Of a DNA stretch of 64,000 nt, positions 52,876 through 64,000 are shown one piece after another (within the stretch, counting starts at the first letter, position 1; each line of letters begins with the position of its first letter). The stretch comes from the human T2T-CHM13v2.0 reference genome, Homo sapiens. A program made the translations under genes and the position numbers. The notes beneath the pieces were generated by a model. That model saw only the letters and a program-made list of their open reading frames with translations, had not been told where the DNA came from and searched no databases. Location of the stretch: NCBI RefSeq assembly GCF_009914755.1, contig NC_060938.1; one strand, given 5' to 3'.

Positions 52876-54089
52876 GTCACAAATAATACTGCTGTGCTTG
52901 AGTTGTTGTTGTTGTTGTTGTTGTTTTTACTCAAATTATGGTATTAGTTTGTGAGAAACAAGTAATCCTAATTGAACTGCCGCTCTCCCAGCAACTTTTG
53001 CACCAGATATAAGCCAGAAAGATCAAATTTCAATGTAAAATTCATCTCTCCCATGAACCTTCTGAAGGGTTTCCTGCTGATATTTGGGTATATCGCATGG
53101 AACATTTCCTTTTAACCTGGAATTGTCATTAAAGCCCATGTATGTATCCCCTCAAACTACAGAAACCTACAAATTAAACAAAGCTGCCCATAGCAGGGTC
53201 AGGTACCTTCCTATTGGCTCTACTAGGAGATTTCAGGGCTGGGAAATGAAACCCCAAAACCCACTCACTCCCTTCCTAGTCTACAGAAAAAGACTTGGAA
53301 TGAGAGAGGAGGAGAGAGAATGAAGTTTGTGGGAAGACAGTGTTCATGGTGAGGTAGCTCCCTCTTTTCCCTCAAGGTTGCCATCCCGGAGGGAACTAAG
53401 GGTGTTTCTGGGAGTCGATGTAACATTGTGGTTGCCTACAGAAAGGAACTCTGTTCCTTGGTTGGATATCTGCTTCAACTACGGATTTGCTGATATGTGT
53501 CATGCCTGACTGGGGTGGGAGTGGGTGCACAATGTAAAAGGAGAGGACTAGAGAGAAAAGGCAGAGCAGAGAGAAGGGAAAGCAGAAGAGCAGCCTCCAT
53601 TACTGCCATTTAGTAGTTGATCTATTTGTCTAATGCATCTTGACCGTCTCCAAGGCAGGGAAAATGGTTCACTAAGCCACTGAAATTTCCATTTCATTCA
53701 AACAAATGCAAGCAAGTTTTACCTCTCCAATAATTAACTGAAGGAAAAGAACTGAGAGTGTGTTAACTGATGGAAGCCTCATCATCTGAGTTCATGTTCT
53801 ATTTTATTTCAGTCATCAGGGTTCCTTTATCCCTATGTAATAGTCACTATTGGCTTTAAGTAAAAATGGCCTTCTTAAAGCAAAACTTAAGACACCTCAA
53901 TGGAGTATTATTTTCTAACAGGAGGACAAAATTATGATGTAGTCATGAAAGCCCAGACAGCTTCCTCAGTCATATGACTGCCTCTTTTCATTAATATCTG
54001 AAATATTAAACCATAAACTTAGACATGTAAACTTTTCTCAATTTCTAATTTTGGGGTACAATTTTTATACATTTGCTGAGGTAAAGTTG

Positions 54090-55560
54090 AATTGTGTTTA
54101 AAAATAAATCTTTTATGATAAAAGATTCTAGCTTAATCAAAACTACTGGAATTAACAAGAGAATTTTATAAAGTAACTGGATATAGGATAAATATGTAAA
54201 ATCAACATACTTATTTGTAACCAGCAATAAACTCCTGCAAAACAATATGGAGAAAATATTCCATTCACAATCGTGAAAAAATTTAAAATTACTTAGGAAT
54301 AAGTTATAAAGAATGCCTCAGAGCCAGTATGAATAATGTTATCAAGTGTCACTGAAGGACATAAATAAGGATCTGTACAGTTGGAAAGACAAATGTTGTT
54401 TTTAGGTACAAAAACATCAAAAAAGCAACTTCTCCCCAAATTTATATACAATTTAATTCTAATTAAATTTGTAACAGGCTTTTTTTATTTGTATAAAATT
54501 AGCTTTAAGAATAAACAAAAGGAGATCAACTTCTGGCATGACATCACACAGAGCAACACAGTCCTGCATCCCAGAAAAACTGGTGAAAACTAATTTTTAA
54601 AAAGTTAAAGTCTCTAGAAATGGCCCTAAGAGCATATAGCAAATGAAGACACATCTACTCAAAAAAAAATCTATTAAAATTTGTTAAGAACTAAGAGAGT
54701 CTATAGTATTTGAAGCAAGACTGCTCCTTCCCACTCCCCTACAACCTCAGAAAACAGAAACTCCACTCCAGACTGATACAACCAAGAGCAGAGATCTCCC
54801 TCTCCCCTGAGATCCTAGTCAGAGGCCTATCTTCAGAGGATGTACAGAGCATTAGCATTTTTCAGCCTGTACCCAGCTGTACAATGCTGAGGCTAAGTTT
54901 TGGGAGACGAGAATGTGACCAAGAGGTGGGAGTTCTATTCTGCTCAGCCTCCAATGATGGGGTGGATTCTATGGGATATGAACTGTATCTCAATAAAGCC
55001 ATTCTTTTAAAAAAGAATAAGTGGCAGAATACATGCCCAAGAATAGCCAAGAAAACTGTGAAAAAAAAAAACTGACTCCCCAGATATCAGAACATAATAT
55101 AAGGCCACTATTTCAAATCAACATGGTATGAGTATAGGAGTAGGCAAATATATCTGAATTGAGATAAAGGAATAAATCCCTATTCATATGATGATTTCAT
55201 ACATGACAGTGGCATTTCAGTTTAGTGGGCATGGATGAATTATTTTGCCAATAGTGCTAGTGCAACTGGCTCGATATATGGAAGGCAAAAAAATACATCA
55301 GACTTCTATATTACTCCATATACAAAAACAAATTCCAAATATAGAAAAAGATGTAAATGGGAAAAAACTAAATTTTGCAAGAATATCCAGGAGACTCCCC
55401 ATACAGTCTAGGGTTAGGGAGGCTTTACCAACACTGGAAACCCTGATATGTTAAAAAAAAAAAAAAAAAGACCTATATTCTGCTCAGCAAAAGATAGTAT
55501 AGACTGAGAATAGACAAGAGTCACAGAAAAGCAAATCTAAATGTCAATAAATGTAATAAG
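54090..55560 (+). mobile_element. Ancient L1ME ORF2 relic, host of a nested mini-L1; resumes at ~63330
   Basis: aaactactggaattaacaagagaattt...ccattcacaat...cttaggaataagt...ccaagaatagccaagaaaact...ccagatatcagaacataatataaggc. Confidence 0.7.
54522..55012 (+). mobile_element. Internally deleted L1MB-type element (5'UTR fused to 3' terminus)
   Basis: 54529-54955 aligns by eye to 3304-3740. 54957-55000 aligns to 9425-9465 (tatctcaataaagc). Confidence 0.75.
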
Positions 55561-56848
55561 AAAATTCTTGGAAACTGGAAAAAATGGCAAACAGGAGGCA
55601 GAACTAACCTGTAGCTCCCACTTGGATGGACAGAACAGCATGTGGAGATTCACATCATCAACTTTTGCACAAAGAACTACCACAGGAACATAACATGAAA
55701 ACTGAAAGAATTCACAGACACTTTGAAAGAAGCAGCTTTCTGCTGCAAACTCTGTAGGACAGCCAAAAAACTGTAAGTGCCCACAGTGTGAGGGGAAAAG
55801 TCTGCCTCCAAACACACATTCCCACTGCAGAACCTGAAAATCCGGATCACGGGAGAATAATTTAACCTTACCTAGAACTGAAACAAATTTAGGGAACTGA
55901 GCAAAATATAAAAAGTGTAAAAAGCAGCAGGAAGAGCCCTGCAGACAGGGCTTCCTTCCCAGTCTCCAGGGAAGCCATTTCTGATTTTTTCTGACAGGGG
56001 TCCTTTGGGAGGGCTGCCAGTGGAATTGTGAAAGGACCACAAGGAGAAGAAAACTTCCAGCTGAACCCTATAATAATTTCGACCAAGTGTGAATTTTCCT
56101 CGGCAGAAACTGGGATGGGGGTTGAGGGTGAATGGAAATCCAGATACTACCATGGCAGAGAGGGAGAGGCAGGGCCTGAAATCTCTGCTTGCTTTTTCAG
56201 CAGGGAGGCTTGTGTCCTGGGGCAAGATTTCAGCTCTGCTCACTGGCTGCCTAGATATGAACTCAGTGCTGTTGATGGAGCATGGTGGGAGTGAGAATGG
56301 CCTTGCTGGCTGTATGGGAGCTGGGTGAGGCCTGTCACTGCTGGCTTTCCCCGACTTCCCTGGAAACCTGTATAACACAACAGAGGTAGCCATAATCTCC
56401 CTAGGAACGTAACTCCATTAGCCTGAGAACCACATCCCTATCCTCCACAGCGGCCACAGCAGCCCCACCCAAGGAGAGTCTGAGCTCAGACATGCCTGTC
56501 CCTCCCTCATCTGATGGTCTTTCTCTACCTGCCCTGGTAGCCAAAGACAAAAGATATAATCTCCTGGGAGCTCTATGGTCCTGCTCATCACCTGAGAAAC
56601 CCAAATACTTATCCAGGTGATCTTAGGGTAAGCTTGTATCCCCACTATACTACCAAAACTGATGCCCTCTTGAAAGTACCACCTCCTGGCTGGAGGCCAA
56701 CAAACTCAAGTCATTACAGCAACTCATAAAAGAACAATCCTGTTCCAAGAAATGAGAAAACAACAGCTAATTCCACTCTCTGTAACATCCTGGCCAACCA
56801 GGGGTCCTGAGTCTGTCCATGTGACAACTTCGCTGCTAGCACAACCAG

Positions 56849-57215
56849 TGTATTAGTCCATTTTCACCCTGCTAGAAGGAAACACCCGAGACCAGGTAAT
56901 TTATAAAAGTAAGAGGTTTAATTGACTCACACTTCCACATGGCTGGGGAGGCCTCAGGAAACTTACAATCATGATGGAAGGTGAAGGGGAAGGAAGCACT
57001 TTCTTCATATAGCAGCAAGAGAGAGAAGTGCAAGCAAGGGAAATGCCAGATGCTTATAAAACCATCAGATTTCATGAAAACTCACTCACTATCATGAGAA
57101 CAGCATGGGGTAAACCACCCCTATGATTCAAACACTTCCCACCAGTTTCCTCCCTTGATATCTGGGGATTATGGGGATTACAATTCAAGATCAGATTTGG
57201 GTGGGGACCATATCA
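56849..57215 (-). mobile_element. THE1 (THE1D-like) solo LTR in the L1PB 5'UTR
   Basis: tgtattagtccattttcac...ggtggggaccatatca. Perfect TSD accag (56844-56848 / 57216-57220). Confidence 0.93.
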
Positions 57216-60200
57216 ACCAGTATTCAAGAAAACGAGCACACTAAACAAAACTACAACCAAGGACCCTCACAGAGTCCATTTCACTCCCCTGCTACTTCTA
57301 CCAGAACTGGTGCTGGCATCCACAGCTGAGAGACCTGAAGGCAAATGAGATCACAGGACTCTGAAGACACTCCCCAGTACTGGCCCAGAGCCCAGTAGCT
57401 CCACTGGGTGGCTAGTTCCCCAGAAGAGTGATAACAATCGCTGTAGTCTGGCTCTCAGGAAGCCCCATCCCTAGGGGAAGAGCAGCACATCAATGAATCA
57501 CCCCATGGGACAAAAGAATCTGAACAGCAGCCCTTAAGCCCCAGATATTTCCTCTGACATAGTCTACCCAAATGAGAAAGAACCAGAAGAACAATTCTGG
57601 TAATATGACAAAGCAAGGTTCTTTGACACCCCCAGAAGATCACACTAGCTCCCGGGCAATGGATCCAAATAAAGAAGAAATCTCTGAATTGCCAGAAAAA
57701 GAATTCAGAAGGTCGATTATTAAGCTACTCAAGGAGGCACCAGAGAAAAGGTGAAAATCAACTTAAATTTTTTTTAAAAAAGGACAGGATATGGACAAAA
57801 ACATCTCCAGAGAAATAGATAGCATAAATAAAAAACAATGACAACTTTTGGAAATGAAAGACACGCTTAGAGAAATGAAGAATACACTGGAAAGTTTCAA
57901 CAACAGAATCAAGCAAGTAGACGAAAGAATTTAAGAGCCCAAAGACAAGGTTTTCAAATTAACCCAATCTGACCAAAACAAAAAGGAAACATGAATTGAA
58001 AAAATGAACAAAGCCTCCAAAAAGTTTGAGATTATGTTAAACAACCAAACCTAAAAATAATTGGTGTTCCCAAGGAAGAAGAGAAATCTAAAAGTTTGGA
58101 AAACTTATTTGAGGGAATAATCAAGGAAAACTTCCCTGACCTTGCTATAGATTTAGACAGCCAAATATAAGAAGCTCAAAGAACATCCAGGAAATTCATT
58201 ACAAAAAGATCATCACCTAGGCACACAGTCATCGGGCTATCTAAAGTCAAGACAAAGAAAATAATCTTAAGAGCTGTAAGGCAAAAACATCACGTAATCT
58301 ATAAAGGAAAACCTATCAGAGTAACAGCAGATTTCTCATCAGATACGCTACAAGCTAGAAGGGATTGGGCCCTATTTTTAGCCTCCTTAAACAAAACAAT
58401 GATCAGCCAAGAATTTTGTAACCAGTGAAACTAAGCCTCATAAATGAAGGAAAGATAAAGTCCTTTTCAAACAAACAAATGCTGAAAGAATTCACCACTA
58501 TCAAGCCAGCACCACAAGAATTGCTAAAAGGAGTTCTAAATCTTGAAACAAAACCTCAAAATACACCAAAATAGAATTTCTTTAAAGCATAAATCTCACA
58601 GGGCCTATAAAACAATAGCACAATGAAAAAAAATACCAAGGTATTCAGGCAACAACTGGCACGATGAATAGAAGAGTACCTCACATCTCAATATTAATGT
58701 TGAATGTAAATGGCTTAAATGCTCCACTTAAAAGATACAGGATGGCAGAGTGGATAAGAATTCAGCAACCAAGTATCTGCTGTCTTCAAGAGACTCACAT
58801 AAACTTAAGGTAAAAGGGTGGAAAAAGACATTCCATGCAAATGGACAACAAAAGTGGGCAGGAGTAGTTATTCTTATATCTTAGACAAGACAGACGTTAA
58901 AGTAACAACAGTTAAAAAACACGAAGAACATTATACAATAATGAAAGGATTAGTCAAACAAGAAAATATCACAATCCTAAACATATATGCACCTAAAACT
59001 GGAGCTGCCAAATTTATAAAACAATTACTACTAGACCTAAGAAATGAGATAGATAGCAATGCAATAGTAGTGGAGGACTTCAATACTCCACTGACAGCAC
59101 TAGACAGGTCATAAAAAAAGAAAGTCAACAAACAATGGACTTAAACTATACCCTAGAACAAATGGACTTTACAGATATTTACAGAACAGTCTACCCAACA
59201 ACTGCAGAATACACATTCTATTCATCAGCACATGAAACATTCTCCAAGATAGACCACATGATAGACCACAAAAGCAGTATCAATAAATTTAAGAAAATCA
59301 AAATTATACCAAGTCCTCCCTTAGACCACAATGGAATAAAATTGGATTTCAACTCCAAAAAAACCCTCAAAACCATGCAACTACATGGAAATTAAGTAAC
59401 CTGCTCCTGAATGAACACTGGGTCAGCAGTGAAATCAAGATGGAAATTAAAAAATTTCTTTGAAATGAATGATAATAGTGACACAACCTATGAAAACTTC
59501 TAGGATACAGCAAAAGCAGTGCTAAGAGGAAAGTTCATAGCATTAAATGCCCACATCAAAAAGTCTGAAAGAGCACAAAGAGACAATCTAAGGTCACAAC
59601 TCAAGGAACTAGAGAAATAAGAACAAACCAAACCCAAACCAAGAAGAAGAAAAGAAATAACAAAGATCACAGCAGAACTAAATGAAATTGAAACAAAAAA
59701 AAATACAAAAGGTAAATGAAACAAAAAGCTGGTTCTTAGAAAAGATAAGCAAAATTGATAGTCCATTAGCAAGATTAACCAAGAAAAGAAGAGAGAAGAT
59801 CCAAATAAGCTCAATTAGCAATGAAATGGGAGATATTACAACCAATACCACAGAAATCCAAAAGATCACTCAAGGCTACTATGAACACCTTAATGTACAC
59901 AAATGAGAAAACCTACAGGAGACGGATAAATTCCCAGAATTATGCAGCCCTCCTAGATTAAACCAGGAAGAAACAGAAACTCTGAGAGGCCAATAACAAG
60001 CAGTGAGATTGCAATGGTAATAAAAAAATTGCCAACCAAAAAAGTCCAGGACCAGATGGATTCATAGCTGAATTGTATCAGACATTCAAAGAACTGGTAC
60101 AAATCCTATTGAAAGAATTCCAAAAAGATAGAGAAAGAGGAAATCCTCCCTAAATCATTCTATGGAGCCAGTATCACCCTAATACCGATATCAGGAAAGG

Positions 60201-61838
60201 ACATAAAAAAAGAAAGCTACAGACCAATATCCTTTATGAACATAAACACAAAAATCCTCAATAAAATCCAACAGCATATCAAAAAGATAACCTGCCATGA
60301 TCAAGTAGGTTTCATATCAGGCATGCAGGGATGGTTTAACATATGCAAGTCAGTAAATATGATAGACCACATAAATAGAATTAAAAACAAAAATCATATG
60401 ATCATCTCAATAGATGCAGAAAATGCATCTGACAAAATTCAGCATCCCTTTATGATTAAAACCCTCAGCAAAATTGGCATAGAAGGGACATAGCTTGAGG
60501 TAATAAAAGCCATCTATGACACACCCACAGCCAACATTATACTGAATGGGGAAAAGTTGAAAGCATTCCCTCTGAGAACTGGAACAAGACAAGGATGTCC
60601 ACTTTCACCACTTCTATTCAGCATAGTACTGGAAGTCCTAGCCAGAGCAATCAGACAAGAGAAGGAAATAAAGGACATCCAAATCAGTAAAGAGGAAGTC
60701 AGACTGTCACTGTTCACTGATGATATGATCATATATATACCTAGAAAACCCCAAAGACTCATCCAAAAAGCACCTAGATCTGATAAATGAATTCAGTAAA
60801 GTTTCAGGATACAAAATCAATGTACACAATCAGTAGCACTGCTATACAACAACAGCAACCAAGCTGAGAATCAAATCAAGAACTCAACCCCTTTTCCAAT
60901 AGCTGCAATAAATAAATAAATAAAATACTTAGAAATATACCTAACCAAAATGATGTGAAAGATCTCTACAAGGAACACTACAAACACTGCTGAAAGAAAG
61001 CACAGATGACACAAATGGAAACACATTCCATGCTCATGGATGGGTAGAATCAATATTGTGAAAATGAGCATACTGCCAAAAGCAATCTACAAATTCAGTG
61101 CAATTCCCATCAAAATGCCATCATCATTCTTCACATAACTAGAAAAAAACAATCCTAAAATTCAAATGGAACCAAAAAATAGCCTACATGGCCAAAGCAA
61201 GACTAAGCAAAAAGAACAAATCTGGAGGGATCACATTACCCAACTTCAAACTATCCTATAAGTCTATAGTCACCAGAACAGCACAGTACTGTTATAGAAA
61301 CAGGCACATAGACCAACTGAACAGAATAGAGAACGCGGAAATAGAGCCAAATACTTACAACCAACTGATCTTTGACAAAGCAAAAAAAAAAAAAATAAAT
61401 AAAAACCATAAAGTGGGAAAAAGACACCCTATTCAACAAATGGTGCTGGGATAATTGGCAAGCCACATGTAGCAGAATGAAACTGGATCCTTCTCTCTCA
61501 CCTTATACAAAAATCTACTCAAGATGGATCAAAGAGTTAAATCTAAGACCTGAAATCATAAAAATTCTGGATGATAACTTTGGAAAAACCCTTCTTGGAC
61601 ACTGGCTTAGGCAAAGACTTCATGCCCAGGAACCTAAAAGCAAATGCAACAAAAACAAAGATAAATAGATGGGACTTAATAAAACTAAAAAGCTTCTGGA
61701 CAGCAAAAGAAATAATCATCAGAGTAAACAGACAACCCACAGAGTGGGAGAAAATCGGATGCAAACTATGCATCCGACAAAGGACTAATATCCAGAATCC
61801 ACAAGCAAATCAAACATGTCAGCAAGAAAAAAAAAATA

Positions 61839-62144
<306 letters not shown>

Positions 62145-62436
62145 TCAAAAAGTAGGCTAAGGACATGAACAGACAATTCTCAAAAGAAGATATACAAATG
62201 GCCAACAAACATATGCAAAAATGCTTACCATCACTAATTATCAGAGAAATGCAAATCAAAACCACAATGTGATACCACCTTACTCCTGCAAGAATGGCCA
62301 TAATTAAAAAATCAAAAATAATAGATGTTGGCGTGGATGCGGTGAAAAGGAAACATTTTTATACTGCTGGTGAGAATGTAAACTAGTAAACCACCATGGA
62401 AAACAGTATGACGATTCCTTAAAGAACTAAAAGTAT

Positions 62437-62738
62437 GGTCAGGCATGGTGGCTCACGCCTACGATCCTAGCACTTTGGGAGGCTGAGGTGGGCAGATCTC
62501 CTGAGGCCAGGAGTTTGAGACCTGCCTGGGGCCAAAACTGCAAAATCCTTTCTCTACTAAAAATACAAAAATTAGCTGAGCATGGTGGTGCATGCCTGTA
62601 ATCTCAGCTACTGAGGAAGCTGAGGCACGAGAATCGCTTGAACACAGGAGGCGGAGGTTGTGGTGAGTTGAGCTGGGATCATGCCACTGCACTCCAGCCT
62701 AGGTGACAGAGTGAGATTCCGTCTCAAAAAAAAAAAAA
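62437..62738 (+). mobile_element. AluS (Sx/Sz-like), inside L1PB
   Basis: Full dimer plus A tail. Flanks share aaaagta. Confidence 0.93.
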
Positions 62739-62918
62739 AAAGTAGATCTACCATTTGATACAGCAATCCTGCTACTGGGTATCTGCTCATAGGAAAAGAA
62801 GTCATTATGTAAAAAAGACACTGGCACACACATGTGTATAGCAGCATAATTAGCAATTGCAAAAATACTGAACCAGCTCAAATGCCCAACAATCAACAAG
62901 TATATAAAGAAAATGTGA

Positions 62919-62953
62919 TACACATACATGCACACACACACACACACACACAG
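62919..62953 (+). repeat. (CA)n microsatellite in L1PB 3' region
   Basis: Direct observation. Confidence 0.9.
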
Positions 62954-63399
62954 AGACACAGCATGGGATACTACTCAGCCATGAAAAGGAATGAAATAAT
63001 GGCATTCACAACAGCCTGGATGGAGTTGGAGACCATTATTCTAAGTGAAGTAACTCAGGAATGGACAACCAAATATCATATGTTCTCACTTGTAAGTGGG
63101 AGCTAAGCTACGAAGAAGCAAAGGCATAAGAATGATACAGTGGACTTCAGGGACTCAGGCAGAAGGGTGGGAGAGTGGTGAGGGATAAAAGATTATACAT
63201 TGGGTACAGTGTATGTTGCTTGGGTGATGGGTGCACCAAAATCTTGGAAATCACCACTAAAGAACTTGTCCATGTAAACAAACACCACCTATTCCCCCCA
63301 AAACTTATTGAAATAATAATTTAAAAATTACTAATACTATTACATCTATACTATTGTTCTATTACAACTTTCGAAATATGTGAATGTAGTACTTTAATT

Positions 63400-63908
63400 T
63401 TTTAATTAAAGATTTCAACTGGCTGATGAAAAAAGCCATGGAGTTATATCAAAAACAAAAAAAGAAAATTGTCACATTGTAGCTAAAGTAGCAATAAAGC
63501 ATTATTTATACCTCTTAGAATAGAAGAACTTTAAAAGAGGGGTAACATATCATACTTAAGGTTAATGGAGAAAAGAATGTGCCCATACTTTGCTGGTAGA
63601 AATGTTGAGACCTTTTGCAGTCTGGCAAAATCTATTCAAACTAAAAAGACATGTTAATTTGGCTCAGTAATTCTATTCCTTGGAATCTATCAAAACCACC
63701 AACATGAAATGAATACATGAAGATGATCATTGTAGTATTTTTTACAGTGGATAAAAAGAACCAAGCCAACCAAATGAATTCTCATCAGTAAGGATTAAAT
63801 AAATTCATAATTCTTATGGATATCACCAATTAAATGTACCATGTGACTTGGTAGAATTTCTATAAGGTATTCTGAGAGAAGCAAGACACAGAAAACTGGA
63901 TATATTAT
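63400..63908 (+). mobile_element. Ancient L1ME 3' region relic
   Basis: catactttgctggtagaaatgt...cagtaattctattccttggaatctat...gatgatcattgtagtatt. Confidence 0.65.
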
Positions 63909-64000
63909 TGTATTAGTCAATTTTCACACTGCTATAAAGATACTACCTGAGACTGGGTAATTTATGAAGAAAAGAGATTTAATTGACTCACAGTTCTGCA
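63909..64000 (-). mobile_element. MaLR LTR (MSTA/THE1D-like), cut by the window edge
   Basis: tgtattagtcaattttcacactgctataaagatactacctgagactgggtaatttatgaagaaaagag. Confidence 0.88.

Noticed and set aside
55537-56393. Longest ORFs (167 and 173 aa, minus) as ORF0-like genes
   Set aside because: They are antisense frames in a decayed L1PB 5'UTR with no recognisable similarity to ORF0, which is described for the L1PA-type 5'UTR.

Overview
Primate (human or great-ape-like) nuclear DNA. It is AT-rich, CpG-depleted and dominated by interspersed repeats, with no CpG island and no protein-coding gene I can recognise. Main elements: two near full-length old LINE-1s (L1MB-type ~3.3-9.5 kb; L1PB-type ~55.6-63.3 kb), a near full-length Tigger1 DNA transposon (38.1-40.6 kb), a young 5'-truncated L1PA2-like copy, 12 Alus, several MaLR/ERVL/ERV1 LTRs, hAT-Charlie MITEs, L2/MIR/L3 relics and microsatellites. 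The recognisable entries in the ORF track are transposon remnants; the rest look like chance frames. I do not see a novel multi-gene system. The best second-look items are: (1) a tailless 34-nt U2 snRNA retrocopy with a 16-bp TSD; (2) a mini-L1 whose 5'UTR is fused directly to the 3' terminus; (3) a young L1 with no TSD, suggesting insertion-mediated deletion; (4) a palindromic 23-bp minisatellite inside Tigger1; (5) candidate exons and enhancer-like motif clusters in unique islands. Repeat subfamily names come from my memory of consensus sequences, and boundaries of old repeats are approximate.
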